Origin: Alphaproteobacteria bacterium
GTDB taxonomy: Bacteria; Pseudomonadota; Alphaproteobacteria; UBA828
Length of the DNA: 64,000 nt
Direction of reading: 5' to 3'
Assembly: GCA_965220745.1 (NCBI GenBank)
Contig: CBDCQT010000012.1
Coordinates: 64,001 to 128,000 of the forward strand
The position numbers were made by a program, and so were the translations under genes. The notes below the pieces were generated by a model. The model saw only the letters and a program-made list of their open reading frames with translations. It had not been told where the DNA came from and made no database searches. This document shows, piece after piece, positions 47,477 through 56,573 of this stretch. Numbering within the stretch: position 1 is the first letter of the stretch; every line of letters starts with the position of its first letter.

Positions 47477-48196
47477 TCAGCGCAATTCAAGATGGTTGCC
47501 CTTGCGTCTTGCCCATGCCCAGGCCAGGAGATCGGCCCGGAAATACCGCACATGCGTTCCCAGCTTGCAGTACGTGGGACCGCCCCCGACCGCCCGGAAG
47601 CGGGACAGCGTGAGCGGCTTCAGGTTGACAACGGCCGCGGCCTCCGCCGGGGTGAGCAGGATCTTCTCCTCGATCGCGCGAGAGGTTTCTCCCGCAAGGT
47701 CTTCGCCGCCGCCTTCGGCGCGCGGCTTCCCCTCGACCAGTGCGTCCATAGCGCCCGGGTCCGGATTGAGGACGGGATCGGGCACGCCGGGGTCGGCGAT
47801 CGCCTGAGCGATCGCCACACGTTCTCCGTGGCTCGCGGTTTCGCGCATCCAGGTCCGCACCTTCTGGATGGTATCCAATCGCGGCGTCGCGCCCGCGTTC
47901 AGCCTGTGCACGAAAGATGGATCTCTGAGAGCCAGTTGCCCGAGCGCGGTGCCGTTGGTGCCGGAGACGACGAGGAAGGCCGCAATCTCGGCCCGGAATG
48001 CCGGACCGATCTCGGGTTGGTCCATGAAGCGGAGTACCCGGTCGGCGGTGTCCATCGTCGGCACGGCCCCCTTTCGGAGGTTCGTAACGAACTCGCCGTG
48101 GCCGGCGGCATCCCTGCCGAACTTGGCGTCATTCAGCGGCGATCGGCCGACGAAGGCCAGGACCAGGTTCCGGAAGTTGGTTTCGAGGCTCGTCAC
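47477..48196 (-). CDS. Paralogue: tandem Cro-like repeats plus excisionase-type HTH
   Basis: GTG start after AAGGGAG; TADRVLRFM..IGP shared with the neighbour; LLTPAEAA...GGGPTY. Confidence 0.75.
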   Translation of the reverse strand: MTSLETNFRNLVLAFVGRSPLNDAKFGRDAAGHGEFVTNLRKGAVPTMDTADRVLRFMDQPEIGPAFRAEIAAFLVVSGTNGTALGQLALRDPSFVHRLNAGATPRLDTIQKVRTWMRETASHGERVAIAQAIADPGVPDPVLNPDPGAMDALVEGKPRAEGGGEDLAGETSRAIEEKILLTPAEAAAVVNLKPLTLSRFRAVGGGPTYCKLGTHVRYFRADLLAWAWARRKGNHLELR

Positions 48197-48959
48197 CGGA
48201 GCTCCCTTAGGTCCGGCTCCGAACCCGCGCATCGACCGGCAAGAGGCCGGCCGGCGATGAAGTCTGGGTCGACGCGCATTCCCGGGGATTGTCTGCTCTG
48301 CGGTGCCGATAGGCAGTGGCGGGGAGAATCGACCGTTCCCGCCGACGATGGGTAGGCATCCGGTGAGGACCGCCTTTGCGAATCCGCAGGGCTGAGCGAA
48401 AGCGTGCATTCGGGAGTAGGCGCCAGGAGGTGTCGACGAGTCGAAGGGACTCGCACGCGGATGGCCGAGAGCGCCGTCCTCAGCGCGTTGAAGGGCTCGA
48501 CCTCTCCTTCGCTAAACGTGGCGTTTCTTGTCGAAGCAACCGGAGGCCGTACCCGACCTCGCGCCAGGGCATGAATACCGGTCCGAGGGTCGGGAGCACG
48601 CCCGATACGCCCCGAATGCCGAGCATCGGCGAGCCTCAGCCGAACGCGTTGACTGCGTCGATCGTCGAGTTCAGTCTGTCCATTGCCTACCTCCCGAGGA
48701 ACAGGACTGACGACCGGAACCGCCGCGGACGGCGGCCACCCGTGCGCGCGAGAGGATGGCATCGCTTTCCGCTTGCCGAACCGAAGGCGGATCATCCCGA
48801 GCTCGCTCCGGGCTGCACTGATGCCAGAGTGAACGATAGCCCGATCGTGCGTTTTCGCGCTTCCCCAACATGGGGGAGGTTCAGGGAATATCCGGCGGTG
48901 TTTCGCGAGCTGTGCAAAGAAAACCGATGCCGGCGCCGATCCGGCTCCACGCCACGGCA

Positions 48960-49187
48960 CGGACCCCCCGCGCTCGCGATACTGGCGCCGCCAGTTGAAC
49001 ACCAGGTCGGGGTGACCGCGTTGCGCCCCGCCACCAGCACGACCGATGTCCCCGGCTGATGGCTCTCCGCTACGATCCGGCGCTTGTCCGCCTTGCTCCA
49101 ACGATGATGCGGGCCGGCCGCCATCGACCGCGTGGTCCCCGGCTTCTCCACTGCATCCGACATCCCTCGATCCAGGTCGCCCATCAT
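48960..49187 (-). pseudogene. Frameshifted IS66 TnpA-like remnant
   Basis: RWSKADKRRIVAESHQPGTSV..VA in one frame, LVFNWRRQY in another. Confidence 0.7.
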
Positions 49188-49612
49188 CTTGGCGTTGGGA
49201 TGGAAATGAAAATGCCGTCTGGGAGAAGATTCATGCCGCCGTTGCATGAGCCCGACTGAGCTGAAACGGAACGCACGCCAAGGCTCGGCCGGAGGGAGCG
49301 GGCGGCCACCCCAGGGTGGAAGGAGGAGACGTAGCGGCGTCTCGTTGAGCGCAAGCGTCCGGACAACGGGTCGACAAACTCCCGGCGAAACTGGAGGCCC
49401 CGGGCAGCCTACCGGAATATTGGCGGATCCGTAATCAATACGAAATCACGATAAAGTAACTTTCTGGCGCCGCCTGGAAGCGCGTGGCAAGGGATCGCGA
49501 CCGTCCTATGGCGGTCGTACGGACTGCGCCCCGCGCAAACGGGCCCGGGAACCGAAAGGCGTGGTAGCGGACGTTGAGACCGGGATCGCGGGCGGTCGCT
49601 ACCGGCGCCGCG

Positions 49613-50530
49613 TCAGTCTTCGGCGTTGCGTGCTTGCAGTTCGGCGACGACCTTGTCCACTCTGGACCGAAGAGCCTGGTAGCCGACTGCGTCCGTCATC
49701 TCTTCGAGGCTGTCGAGACCGATATGGGGCTGGTCTTCCGGCAGGCTGCTCGTGGGAACCACGAAGAACTGCCATTGATCCGGCTCCCGCTGGTCGGTCA
49801 CCGACCCATGGTCCACCCCATGCCAAGCGAAGACGTGAATATGAGCGCGGTGGCCCGGCTTGTCGATCCACACATCGTCGATGGCCCAAAAGCCCTTGGG
49901 AGGAGCGATATCGAACCGGGGCGTCTGCCGGCGGACGAAACCCTGCCCGCGGTGCCATGGCCGAAGCAGCGCAGACTGCTCGATCTTCATCCACGTCCCG
50001 GATGGATGCTGTAAATCCCAAGGCGCCCGGTCGTGGCCCTTTCTCCAGGGTGGGGTCCAATCGGGCGCCAGGAGTTCGGAGACCAGGCACTCCGCATAGG
50101 TCGCGCGGTGGGAGTTGCTCATCACGGAACGGTCGAAGCGTCGCACGATGCGAGAGAGAACCCGCCGGTGCACGGGGCTGGCGGCCTCGCGTTCGGAGGA
50201 CCAGTCGTCCGGATCGGGTGCCGATTCGATGCCCCGCGTTGACGGTGCGAGCGCCGCAGGCAGTTCCGCGTCCAGGCTCTTGAGACGGACAAGGGTGCGC
50301 GCCGCCTTGCGGCGCGCCTGGTCGGCGGTGATCAGGCCGTGGGGGCCCAGCGTGATCCGTCTGAGCTTCCCCTGCGACCGGCATTGCACGACGAAGACCT
50401 TGGAGCCCGAGGGATAGACGCGCACGCCGAATCCCTTGAGGTCGGGATCCCAGTAAACGGCGTCCTTTCCATCGACCGGCAGAGCGTCGACGGTGCGCTT
50501 GGAGATCCGTTTGCCTTCCAGCCTGGTCAT
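49613..50530 (-). CDS. Integrase arm-DNA-binding domain fused to a restriction-endonuclease-like domain
   Basis: N: ISKRTVDAL...YWDPDLKGFGVRVYPSG; C: NSHRATYAECLV, WDL, KIEQSA, HVFAWH, QWQFFVVPT; no tyrosine recombinase core. Confidence 0.65.
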   Translation of the reverse strand: MTRLEGKRISKRTVDALPVDGKDAVYWDPDLKGFGVRVYPSGSKVFVVQCRSQGKLRRITLGPHGLITADQARRKAARTLVRLKSLDAELPAALAPSTRGIESAPDPDDWSSEREAASPVHRRVLSRIVRRFDRSVMSNSHRATYAECLVSELLAPDWTPPWRKGHDRAPWDLQHPSGTWMKIEQSALLRPWHRGQGFVRRQTPRFDIAPPKGFWAIDDVWIDKPGHRAHIHVFAWHGVDHGSVTDQREPDQWQFFVVPTSSLPEDQPHIGLDSLEEMTDAVGYQALRSRVDKVVAELQARNAED

Positions 50531-51304
50531 TTCCCTATCCAGCCTGGGATGCCGGAAATCGGCGGTCGAATCGGCTCTCGATCGGAGCAGCCGGCCGATA
50601 TCCGTCGGCCCACGACTTTGCCTCAATTTCGGTAGGAAATTCAAAGGGTAAGCTCATTTTTGGGTCCTCTCGTGAACGCCTGTCTTCCTATCGGCAAGAA
50701 GAAGATTGGCGCCTGTCTTTGCGTCGCACAGAACAAGTCGAAGGAACGGGTCAAACGTCCCCGACGGGCGAGAGGAGCAGAGAGGTCAGTCGGTATCAGG
50801 AAAGGCCGACCAGGGTCCTGTGGATGAGCGGAAGTTCTCTGGAGAAGAGGCATGTCGACCGACCGACCAGCAGAGGTGGCCCGAAACACGATTACGGTGT
50901 CGATCGGCAGACTTGGGTCCGAGGGTGGATCGACCTTGCTGATTCACTTGGGTAACGTTCGGGCGGTGAGTGGCTCGCTGGACGTTCAGCCCGTGCCGTA
51001 ATCAATTGCCTGATACGCGTAGTTCACCGGCTGACCCCATGCGGACCTGGCTGGTGAGCGAGGTGAACAGCGCGCGGTCGATCGGCACGTTCGCGACCAG
51101 CCGAGAGTGCCCCGGCGAGCTCGGTCTCGATCAGGCGCAGCTTCTCGACCACCGCGAGCGCGGTGTTGAGCCGTTTCAGGCCCTGGTGGCGATGCCGCGC
51201 GAGAGCCACGATTGGCGCGCAAGCCCTCGCGCCAGCGCCGGAGCTGCTCGCCGTCGGCGATATTCTCTAGTCCGAGCATGCCGCCGTTCTAGAGACCCCG
51301 GGGA

Positions 51305-51332
51305 TTGACACCGCCGCATCCGTGTGCGACAT
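51305..51332 (+). promoter_or_regulatory. Putative sigma70 promoter of sRNA copy 1
   Basis: TTGACA-N16-CGACAT, same spacing in copy 2. Confidence 0.6.
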
Positions 51333-51336
51333 GGCC

Positions 51337-51413
51337 GTCGTCGGGTGCCCTCGATGGGCTCGATATGGTTCGCCCAGCCTGACATCACCGACCCTCCGTA
51401 CGGAGGGTTTCTT
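51337..51413 (+). ncRNA. Putative structured small RNA, copy 1
   Basis: Near-identical to 54103-54179; stems GTCGGG/CCTGAC and GCCC/GGGC; terminator ACCCTCCG-TA-CGGAGGGT-TTCTT. Confidence 0.7.
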
Positions 51414-51765
51414 GGTGGTATGACCCCCACGCCTCCGTCGCAAGCGCGCGCAGCGGCGAGCGGTCCGGCGCCCGCAAGCGCTGCAGGCCCTCGTCGTTCT
51501 CCGGGCGATTTGGCGGCAACCTGCCCCCCGTCGCCGAGCGAATTGCTCAGGACGCCATGTCAGGCTCCTTGCCTTCCTCGAACGCGTGCACCTCCATCCG
51601 TATCGCCTCGCCGTGGGCAAATGTCTCACGACGCGGCCGAGCGAAAAGCGATTCAAACCGCGTTCCCCTCATTGAACCCCCAAATCGCTGGTTCCATACT
51701 TTCGCAACAGGAAACATTTGCGGCGCCAATTCACACCAACGCTGTACTCCCCCAGGAGACGCAAC

Positions 51766-52038
51766 ATGCCCCTCAGCGCCACGGACATCGAACAGGCCCT
51801 CCGAGGACTCCCCGACCTTCCCGTACAAGTCGACTCCTGGCTCGTCGAAACCGGAACCGACTGGACCGACGATGCCGCGGTCTGGGTCTGGGGAATGCTT
51901 CCGGACGCCGAAATCGACATCACCACACAATTCGCGCTGCGAAAGGCCATCCGTAGCGTCGTGCGCGAGCACGCCGGCGACGATATTGGCATCTACATCC
52001 GCTTCCGCTCGACATCGGATCTGGCGCAGACCGCATGA
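51766..52038 (+). CDS. Small MNT-like antitoxin partner of a HEPN gene
   Basis: TDWTDDAAVWVW...YIRFRS; ATGA overlap with the HEPN gene. Confidence 0.6.
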   Translation: MPLSATDIEQALRGLPDLPVQVDSWLVETGTDWTDDAAVWVWGMLPDAEIDITTQFALRKAIRSVVREHAGDDIGIYIRFRSTSDLAQTA

Positions 52039-52379
52039 CGCTGCACGCGGATCTTCTCAAACAGGCCGGTTTCCTCGCCCGCAGAGAACCCAAGCGCCCC
52101 TCGCGGGCCATCCTGCGGAGGGCCGTTTCCTCCGCGTACTACGCGCTTTTCCACCTCCTCGTCGACGAGGCCACCCAGCTCATGTTCTCCGGCCATGGCC
52201 GAGCCCCGCTCCGTCCTGTCGCCGCGCGGGCCTTCCGCCACTCCACGATGAAGGCTCTTGCCCGGCAATTCGCCACGCCAGGAGTCCCGGGTAGGAGCAG
52301 TGTTCTTTCAATTGCCGATCGAGGGAACGGCGGATCGTCTGATTCGATCGCCAAGGGTGGTTTGGCTTCGAACGGTTGA
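52035..52379 (+). pseudogene. HEPN-family toxin, probably truncated near 52290
   Basis: LRRAVSSAYYALFHLL and FRH motifs; no C-terminal Rx4-6H/Y region; composition changes afterwards. Confidence 0.7.
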
Positions 52380-52641
52380 AGGGAGCGCTCGCCCGGAAGT
52401 GGGATCGTCCACGCTCATCGGAAAACGAGATACGAATTGGGGGCCAAACAGGGCCAATCGAGGTCAAGCGGGGCCGGACGCATGATAAGCCACTGATAAT
52501 GGATGCTTTTCTCTTGATCCAACAGGCGCTCTGCTCTTGTATCGCTATCCTGGATCGTCTCCAATCCCTCCAGAGCCGGTCCCATGCTGCGATTTGAGAC
52601 CGGAATTGCGGGTCGCGCGGATCGATGCACCGGAGAGGACC

Positions 52642-53826
52642 ATGCCGAAGCGAAGCACCATCAGGCTCAGCTCAAGCTTCGTGAAGGCGCTGCAGACGGA
52701 CGGGAGGGATGCCTTCTACTGGGACCACGAGCTGGCCGGATTCGGCGTGCGTGTCCAGAAGAACGGGCGCAAGGTCTATGTCGTCCAGTCCCGGGGACCG
52801 TTCGGCATCAAGCGCGCGACGCTCGGACCTTGCGAAGACATGCCGATCGCGCAAAGGCGGCGCGAGGCGGCGGCGGTCATCGATCGCATCAAGCAGGGCG
52901 AGGATCCGATGCCGGCGCCGCCGGAGCCAGATCCCACCGTCGCCGAACTGGCGGAACGCTACATGCGGGCCTATGTCGCCGTCCGGTGCAAGCCCAGGAC
53001 GGTGGAGGGGTACCGGGCCCTGCTCGACGACTACATTCTCCCGGCGCTGGGCGCGATGCCGTTGAAGGCGGTCCGAGCCAAGAATGCCATCGCACTCCAT
53101 GACAGCCTGCGCCATACGCCCTCTCAGGCCAACCGGGTTGTCGCGGTCCTGTCACAGATGTTCGCGCTCGCCGAGACCTGGGAGCTCGTGCCCCGAGGCC
53201 GTAATCCGTGCAAGAGGGTCAAGCACTATCGCGAGAAGCCCCGCGAGAGGTTTCTGTCGCCCGAGGAGTACCGGAGCGTCGGCGTGTCGCTCAAGGCTGC
53301 CGAAGCCGAAGGCTGGATGTGGCCGCCGGCAATCGCGGCGATCCGGCTGCTGATGCTGACCGGCTGCCGCAAGTCCGAAATCCTCACGCTCCGGTGGGAC
53401 GACGTTGACCGCACGGCGGGCGAACTGCGGCTCCGCGACGGCAAGCAGGGCCCGCGCATGGTGCTGCTGACCACGCCGGTGCTGAAGGTGCTCGACGGCA
53501 TCGAGCGCGTGGAGGGCAATCCCTGGGTCATCCGGAGCAAGAAACGCGGCATTCACCTGCCGGACCTGACCTACTACTGGAACCGTATCCAGGCGCATGC
53601 CGGGCTGGAGGGCGTGCGCATCCACGACCTCAGACACAGCTACGCCTCGGAGGCCCTCGCGCTGGGCGAGAGCCTGACCATGATCGGCCACCTGCTCGGA
53701 CATTCGAAGGTCGGAACTACTTCGCGGTACGCGCATCTGGCGCACGACGCCGAGAAGGCCGCCGCCGCGCGCACCGGCGACAGCATCGGCGCTCATCTCA
53801 AGCCGCAAGACCCCGAAGCGGCGTAG
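52642..53826 (+). CDS. Tyrosine integrase with arm-DNA-binding domain
   Basis: YWDHELAGFGVRV; TGCR, K, HDLRH, LLGH, RY. Confidence 0.94.
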   Translation: MPKRSTIRLSSSFVKALQTDGRDAFYWDHELAGFGVRVQKNGRKVYVVQSRGPFGIKRATLGPCEDMPIAQRRREAAAVIDRIKQGEDPMPAPPEPDPTVAELAERYMRAYVAVRCKPRTVEGYRALLDDYILPALGAMPLKAVRAKNAIALHDSLRHTPSQANRVVAVLSQMFALAETWELVPRGRNPCKRVKHYREKPRERFLSPEEYRSVGVSLKAAEAEGWMWPPAIAAIRLLMLTGCRKSEILTLRWDDVDRTAGELRLRDGKQGPRMVLLTTPVLKVLDGIERVEGNPWVIRSKKRGIHLPDLTYYWNRIQAHAGLEGVRIHDLRHSYASEALALGESLTMIGHLLGHSKVGTTSRYAHLAHDAEKAAAARTGDSIGAHLKPQDPEAA

Positions 53827-53832
53827 GGGGCG

Positions 53833-54033
53833 ATGGCTGTGCTGCAAACCAGGAGGCTCTCCAACCGCACCGTGGCGGCGCTCGCTGTCGAGCATGACAC
53901 GGTGTTCGGGGACTGCGAGATCACCGGTTTCGGGGTCCGGGTGTATCCCGTAGGCGGCTCCATCGTTCCGTCGGGCAAACGCGGCACGGCCGGTCGATGG
54001 CCCGGCACCCTGACGCCACGCCTCATGCAGTGA
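53833..54033 (+). pseudogene. Truncated second integrase (arm domain start only)
   Basis: LSNRTVAAL...DCEITGFGVRVYP then unrelated sequence. Confidence 0.75.
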
Positions 54034-54070
54034 GCGTTCGAGGATGCTGACGTTCCAAGAGACCCTGGAA

Positions 54071-54098
54071 TTGACACTGGTGCATTTACAGGCGACAT
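54071..54098 (+). promoter_or_regulatory. Putative sigma70 promoter of sRNA copy 2
   Basis: TTGACA-N16-CGACAT. Confidence 0.6.
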
Positions 54099-54102
54099 AT
54101 TC

Positions 54103-54179
54103 GTCGTCGGGTGCCCTTGATGGGCTCGATATGGTTCGCCCAGCCTGACATCACTGACCCTCCGGCCGGAGGTTTTTTT
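54103..54179 (+). ncRNA. Putative structured small RNA, copy 2
   Basis: Same core as 51337-51413; terminator CCTCCG-GC-CGGAGG-TTTTTTT. Confidence 0.7.
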
Positions 54180-54299
54180 GACCCGCCAGCTCCGGCGACG
54201 GAGTGCCCGCGCTAGGAGCGTAGGCTCGAACGATGACCGCGACGCCCCGAGGTCCCGGTCCTTTCCGGGCCGTCGCCTCGAAGGGGCACCTCGCCGAGG

Positions 54300-54440
54300 C
54301 TGGGCGGCGCGGATCCTGGCGGTGGCGTCATCGAGAGGCGTATCGCCCGGCGGGACCGGCGGCCGGCAGCTCTGGAGGCGATACGGGCGAAGGGCATGAT
54401 CGGCGAGGTGAACTGCGATGCCGAAGCAATACAGGAGTGA
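54300..54440 (+). pseudogene. Internally deleted RelE/HigB-like toxin remnant
   Basis: ADPGGGVIERRIAR (cf. ADLGGGVIKxRIAR) joined to an EVNCDA tail overlapping the antitoxin start. Confidence 0.55.
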
Positions 54441-54735
54441 GGCCCTGGCGGCCGTGCATGAGGCGGCGCTCGGCATGACGGAGGCGGGCGTGATGTCGAA
54501 GCGAACCATGAAGGCCTTCGATGAGATGTGTCTGACGCCGATCGAGGACATGGCGCCGGAACGGATCCGTGAGCTCCGGCTGCGGGAGCATGCGAGCCAT
54601 GCGGTGTTCGCCCTCTACCTGAACGTGACCACGGGTCTGGTGAGCCAGTGGGAGCGCGGCGAGAAGCGCCCGCGCGGTGCCTCACTGAAACTGCTGACAC
54701 TGGTTGAGAAGAACGGTCTGACATCGATCACGTGA
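54418..54735 (+). CDS. XRE-family (HigA2-like) antitoxin
   Basis: YRSEALAAVHE, IRELR..E..S..VFA.YLNV...VSQWERGEKRP.G.SLKLL. Confidence 0.9.
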   Translation: MPKQYRSEALAAVHEAALGMTEAGVMSKRTMKAFDEMCLTPIEDMAPERIRELRLREHASHAVFALYLNVTTGLVSQWERGEKRPRGASLKLLTLVEKNGLTSIT

Positions 54736-54947
54736 ATTTGCCGCCGGACCACGCTGTTGCGATCGTGTTTGAGAGGCATTTCGAGAGGGTCAGTACCCAC
54801 AGTCGATCAGCCGCAGGATCTCCCGCCGGGCCCGTGGCGGAACGGCTCTCCGTAACCGGTGTTCACGTCGGAGAGCCTCACCCCGAACCTACGTTGCGAA
54901 ATGGCGCTTTCACACCTATATTTCTGACAAACTTGCGGGACAGGGCC

Positions 54948-55544
54948 ATGACCAGCCTTCCGAAACGAATCATGGAGCACGCTTCGGGCCTTCCCGAGGC
55001 GACCCCGATCTGTCCGGCCGCCCTCCTTCACCTGGGCAAGCGTGCGGCGGTGGACCAGGCGCTGGCGCGCCTCGCTCGCGCCGGACGGTTGATGCGCATC
55101 TGCCAGGGCGTGTACATGCGCCCCGTCGAGACGCGCTTCGGTCCGTGTCCGCCGCGCATCGGCAAGGCGCTCGAAGCGCTCTCCGAGCTCTGGGGCGAGA
55201 TCATCGTCCCCTGCGGCGGCTCCGCGGCCAACCGGCTGGGCCTGACCGCTCAGAATCCTGTCCGCGCGGTGTATCTCACCTCGGGCCGCAGCCGTCGGCT
55301 GCAATTCGGGCGCATCGCGGTCGAACTGCGTCACGCTCCCCGCTGGCAACTGGCGGCGCCGCGCCGCAAGGCGGGCGAGGTCATTCGCGCTCTTGCCTGG
55401 CTCGGCCCGCATGAGGTCGAGGAGGGTCTCGAGGCGCTCCTGCCCCGGCTCTCCGGTGCTGAGGTCGACGAGCTCGCCGCCGCGCGGGCGATCATGCCCA
55501 TCTGGATGGCGGAACCGATCAGCGCGCGCCTCTCCCATGGCTGA
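54948..55544 (+). CDS. DUF6088 / AbiEi-like antitoxin
   Basis: LGKRAAVDQALARL...RICQGVY, AANRLGL, YLTSGRSR. Confidence 0.85.
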   Translation: MTSLPKRIMEHASGLPEATPICPAALLHLGKRAAVDQALARLARAGRLMRICQGVYMRPVETRFGPCPPRIGKALEALSELWGEIIVPCGGSAANRLGLTAQNPVRAVYLTSGRSRRLQFGRIAVELRHAPRWQLAAPRRKAGEVIRALAWLGPHEVEEGLEALLPRLSGAEVDELAAARAIMPIWMAEPISARLSHG

Positions 55545-56568
55545 CACGCCGTATCGGTCGCTCTCCGCCGCCGACCGGCGCGATGCCCTGCGCGTTGCCG
55601 AAGCCGGCAGCCCGCACCGTGCGTTCCTGCTCGAAAAGGATATCTGGGTCGTCGCAACGCTTCACGCCCTGTTCGAGACGCCCTTCGGCAAGGACCTCGC
55701 CTTCAAGGGCGGCACGTCGCTGTCGAAGGCGTACCGCGCGATCCGCCGCTTCTCCGAAGACGTCGACATCACCTATGACATCCGGGCCTTCGCCCCCGAC
55801 CTGGTCGCCGATGCCGGCGCCGAGGCGCTGCCGCCAACACGCAGCCAGGAGCGCCGCTGGACCAAGGCGATCCGGGCCCGTCTCGACGCCTGGGTCGTCG
55901 ACGAGGCCGCGCCGTCCGTCGAAGTGCACCTTCAACGCGCCGGATTCGAGCCGCAGGTCAAGGCCGAGGCGGAGCGCCTGCGCATCGTCTATGAGCCGCT
56001 GTTCGACGACTACGCCTTCGTACGCCCGGAAGTCACGGTGGAGTTCGGGGCGCGTTCGACGGGGGAGCCCCGGGCAATCCGGCCCGTTGAATGCGATGCC
56101 GCCCCGCTTCTGCCCGAACTTCTGTTTCCGCAGGCTCGACCGTCCGTCATGCTGGCCGAGCGGACCTTCTGGGAGAAGGCCACAGCCATCCACGTCTTCT
56201 GCCGTCAGGAGAGGAAACGCGGCGAGCGCCTGTCCCGCCACTGGCACGACCTGGCAAGACTGGACGATGCCGGCGTTGCGTCCCGCGCTCTCGCCGACCG
56301 CGCGGTCGCGCATTCGGTCGCTCGCCACAAGGCGATCTTCTTTCGGGAGAAGGACGCTGCCGGCGACGAAATCGACTACCGGGTTGCCGTCGGCGGCGGA
56401 CTGCGGCTGATCCCGTCAGGCTCGGCCCTTGAGGTCCTGGCCGACGACTACGGCAGAATGCTGGCCGACGGCATGCTGCTCGATGTTGACGAGCCCTTCG
56501 AGGGTCTGATGGAGCACTGCGCCGGCATCGAGGCCAGGGCGAATGCGCGGGGAGACCAGAACGATTGA
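55537..56568 (+). CDS. AbiEii/AbiGii nucleotidyltransferase toxin (type IV TA)
   Basis: LEKDIWV, FKGGTSLSK, RFSEDVD, ERTFWEK, SRHWHD. Confidence 0.92.
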   Translation: MADTPYRSLSAADRRDALRVAEAGSPHRAFLLEKDIWVVATLHALFETPFGKDLAFKGGTSLSKAYRAIRRFSEDVDITYDIRAFAPDLVADAGAEALPPTRSQERRWTKAIRARLDAWVVDEAAPSVEVHLQRAGFEPQVKAEAERLRIVYEPLFDDYAFVRPEVTVEFGARSTGEPRAIRPVECDAAPLLPELLFPQARPSVMLAERTFWEKATAIHVFCRQERKRGERLSRHWHDLARLDDAGVASRALADRAVAHSVARHKAIFFREKDAAGDEIDYRVAVGGGLRLIPSGSALEVLADDYGRMLADGMLLDVDEPFEGLMEHCAGIEARANARGDQND

Positions 56569-56573
56569 ATGCG

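Noticed and set aside
50640-51290. Structured RNA, origin or gene in this intergenic stretch
   Set aside because: Only short GACCGAC-type motifs and a frameshifted minus-strand remnant; nothing I can assign
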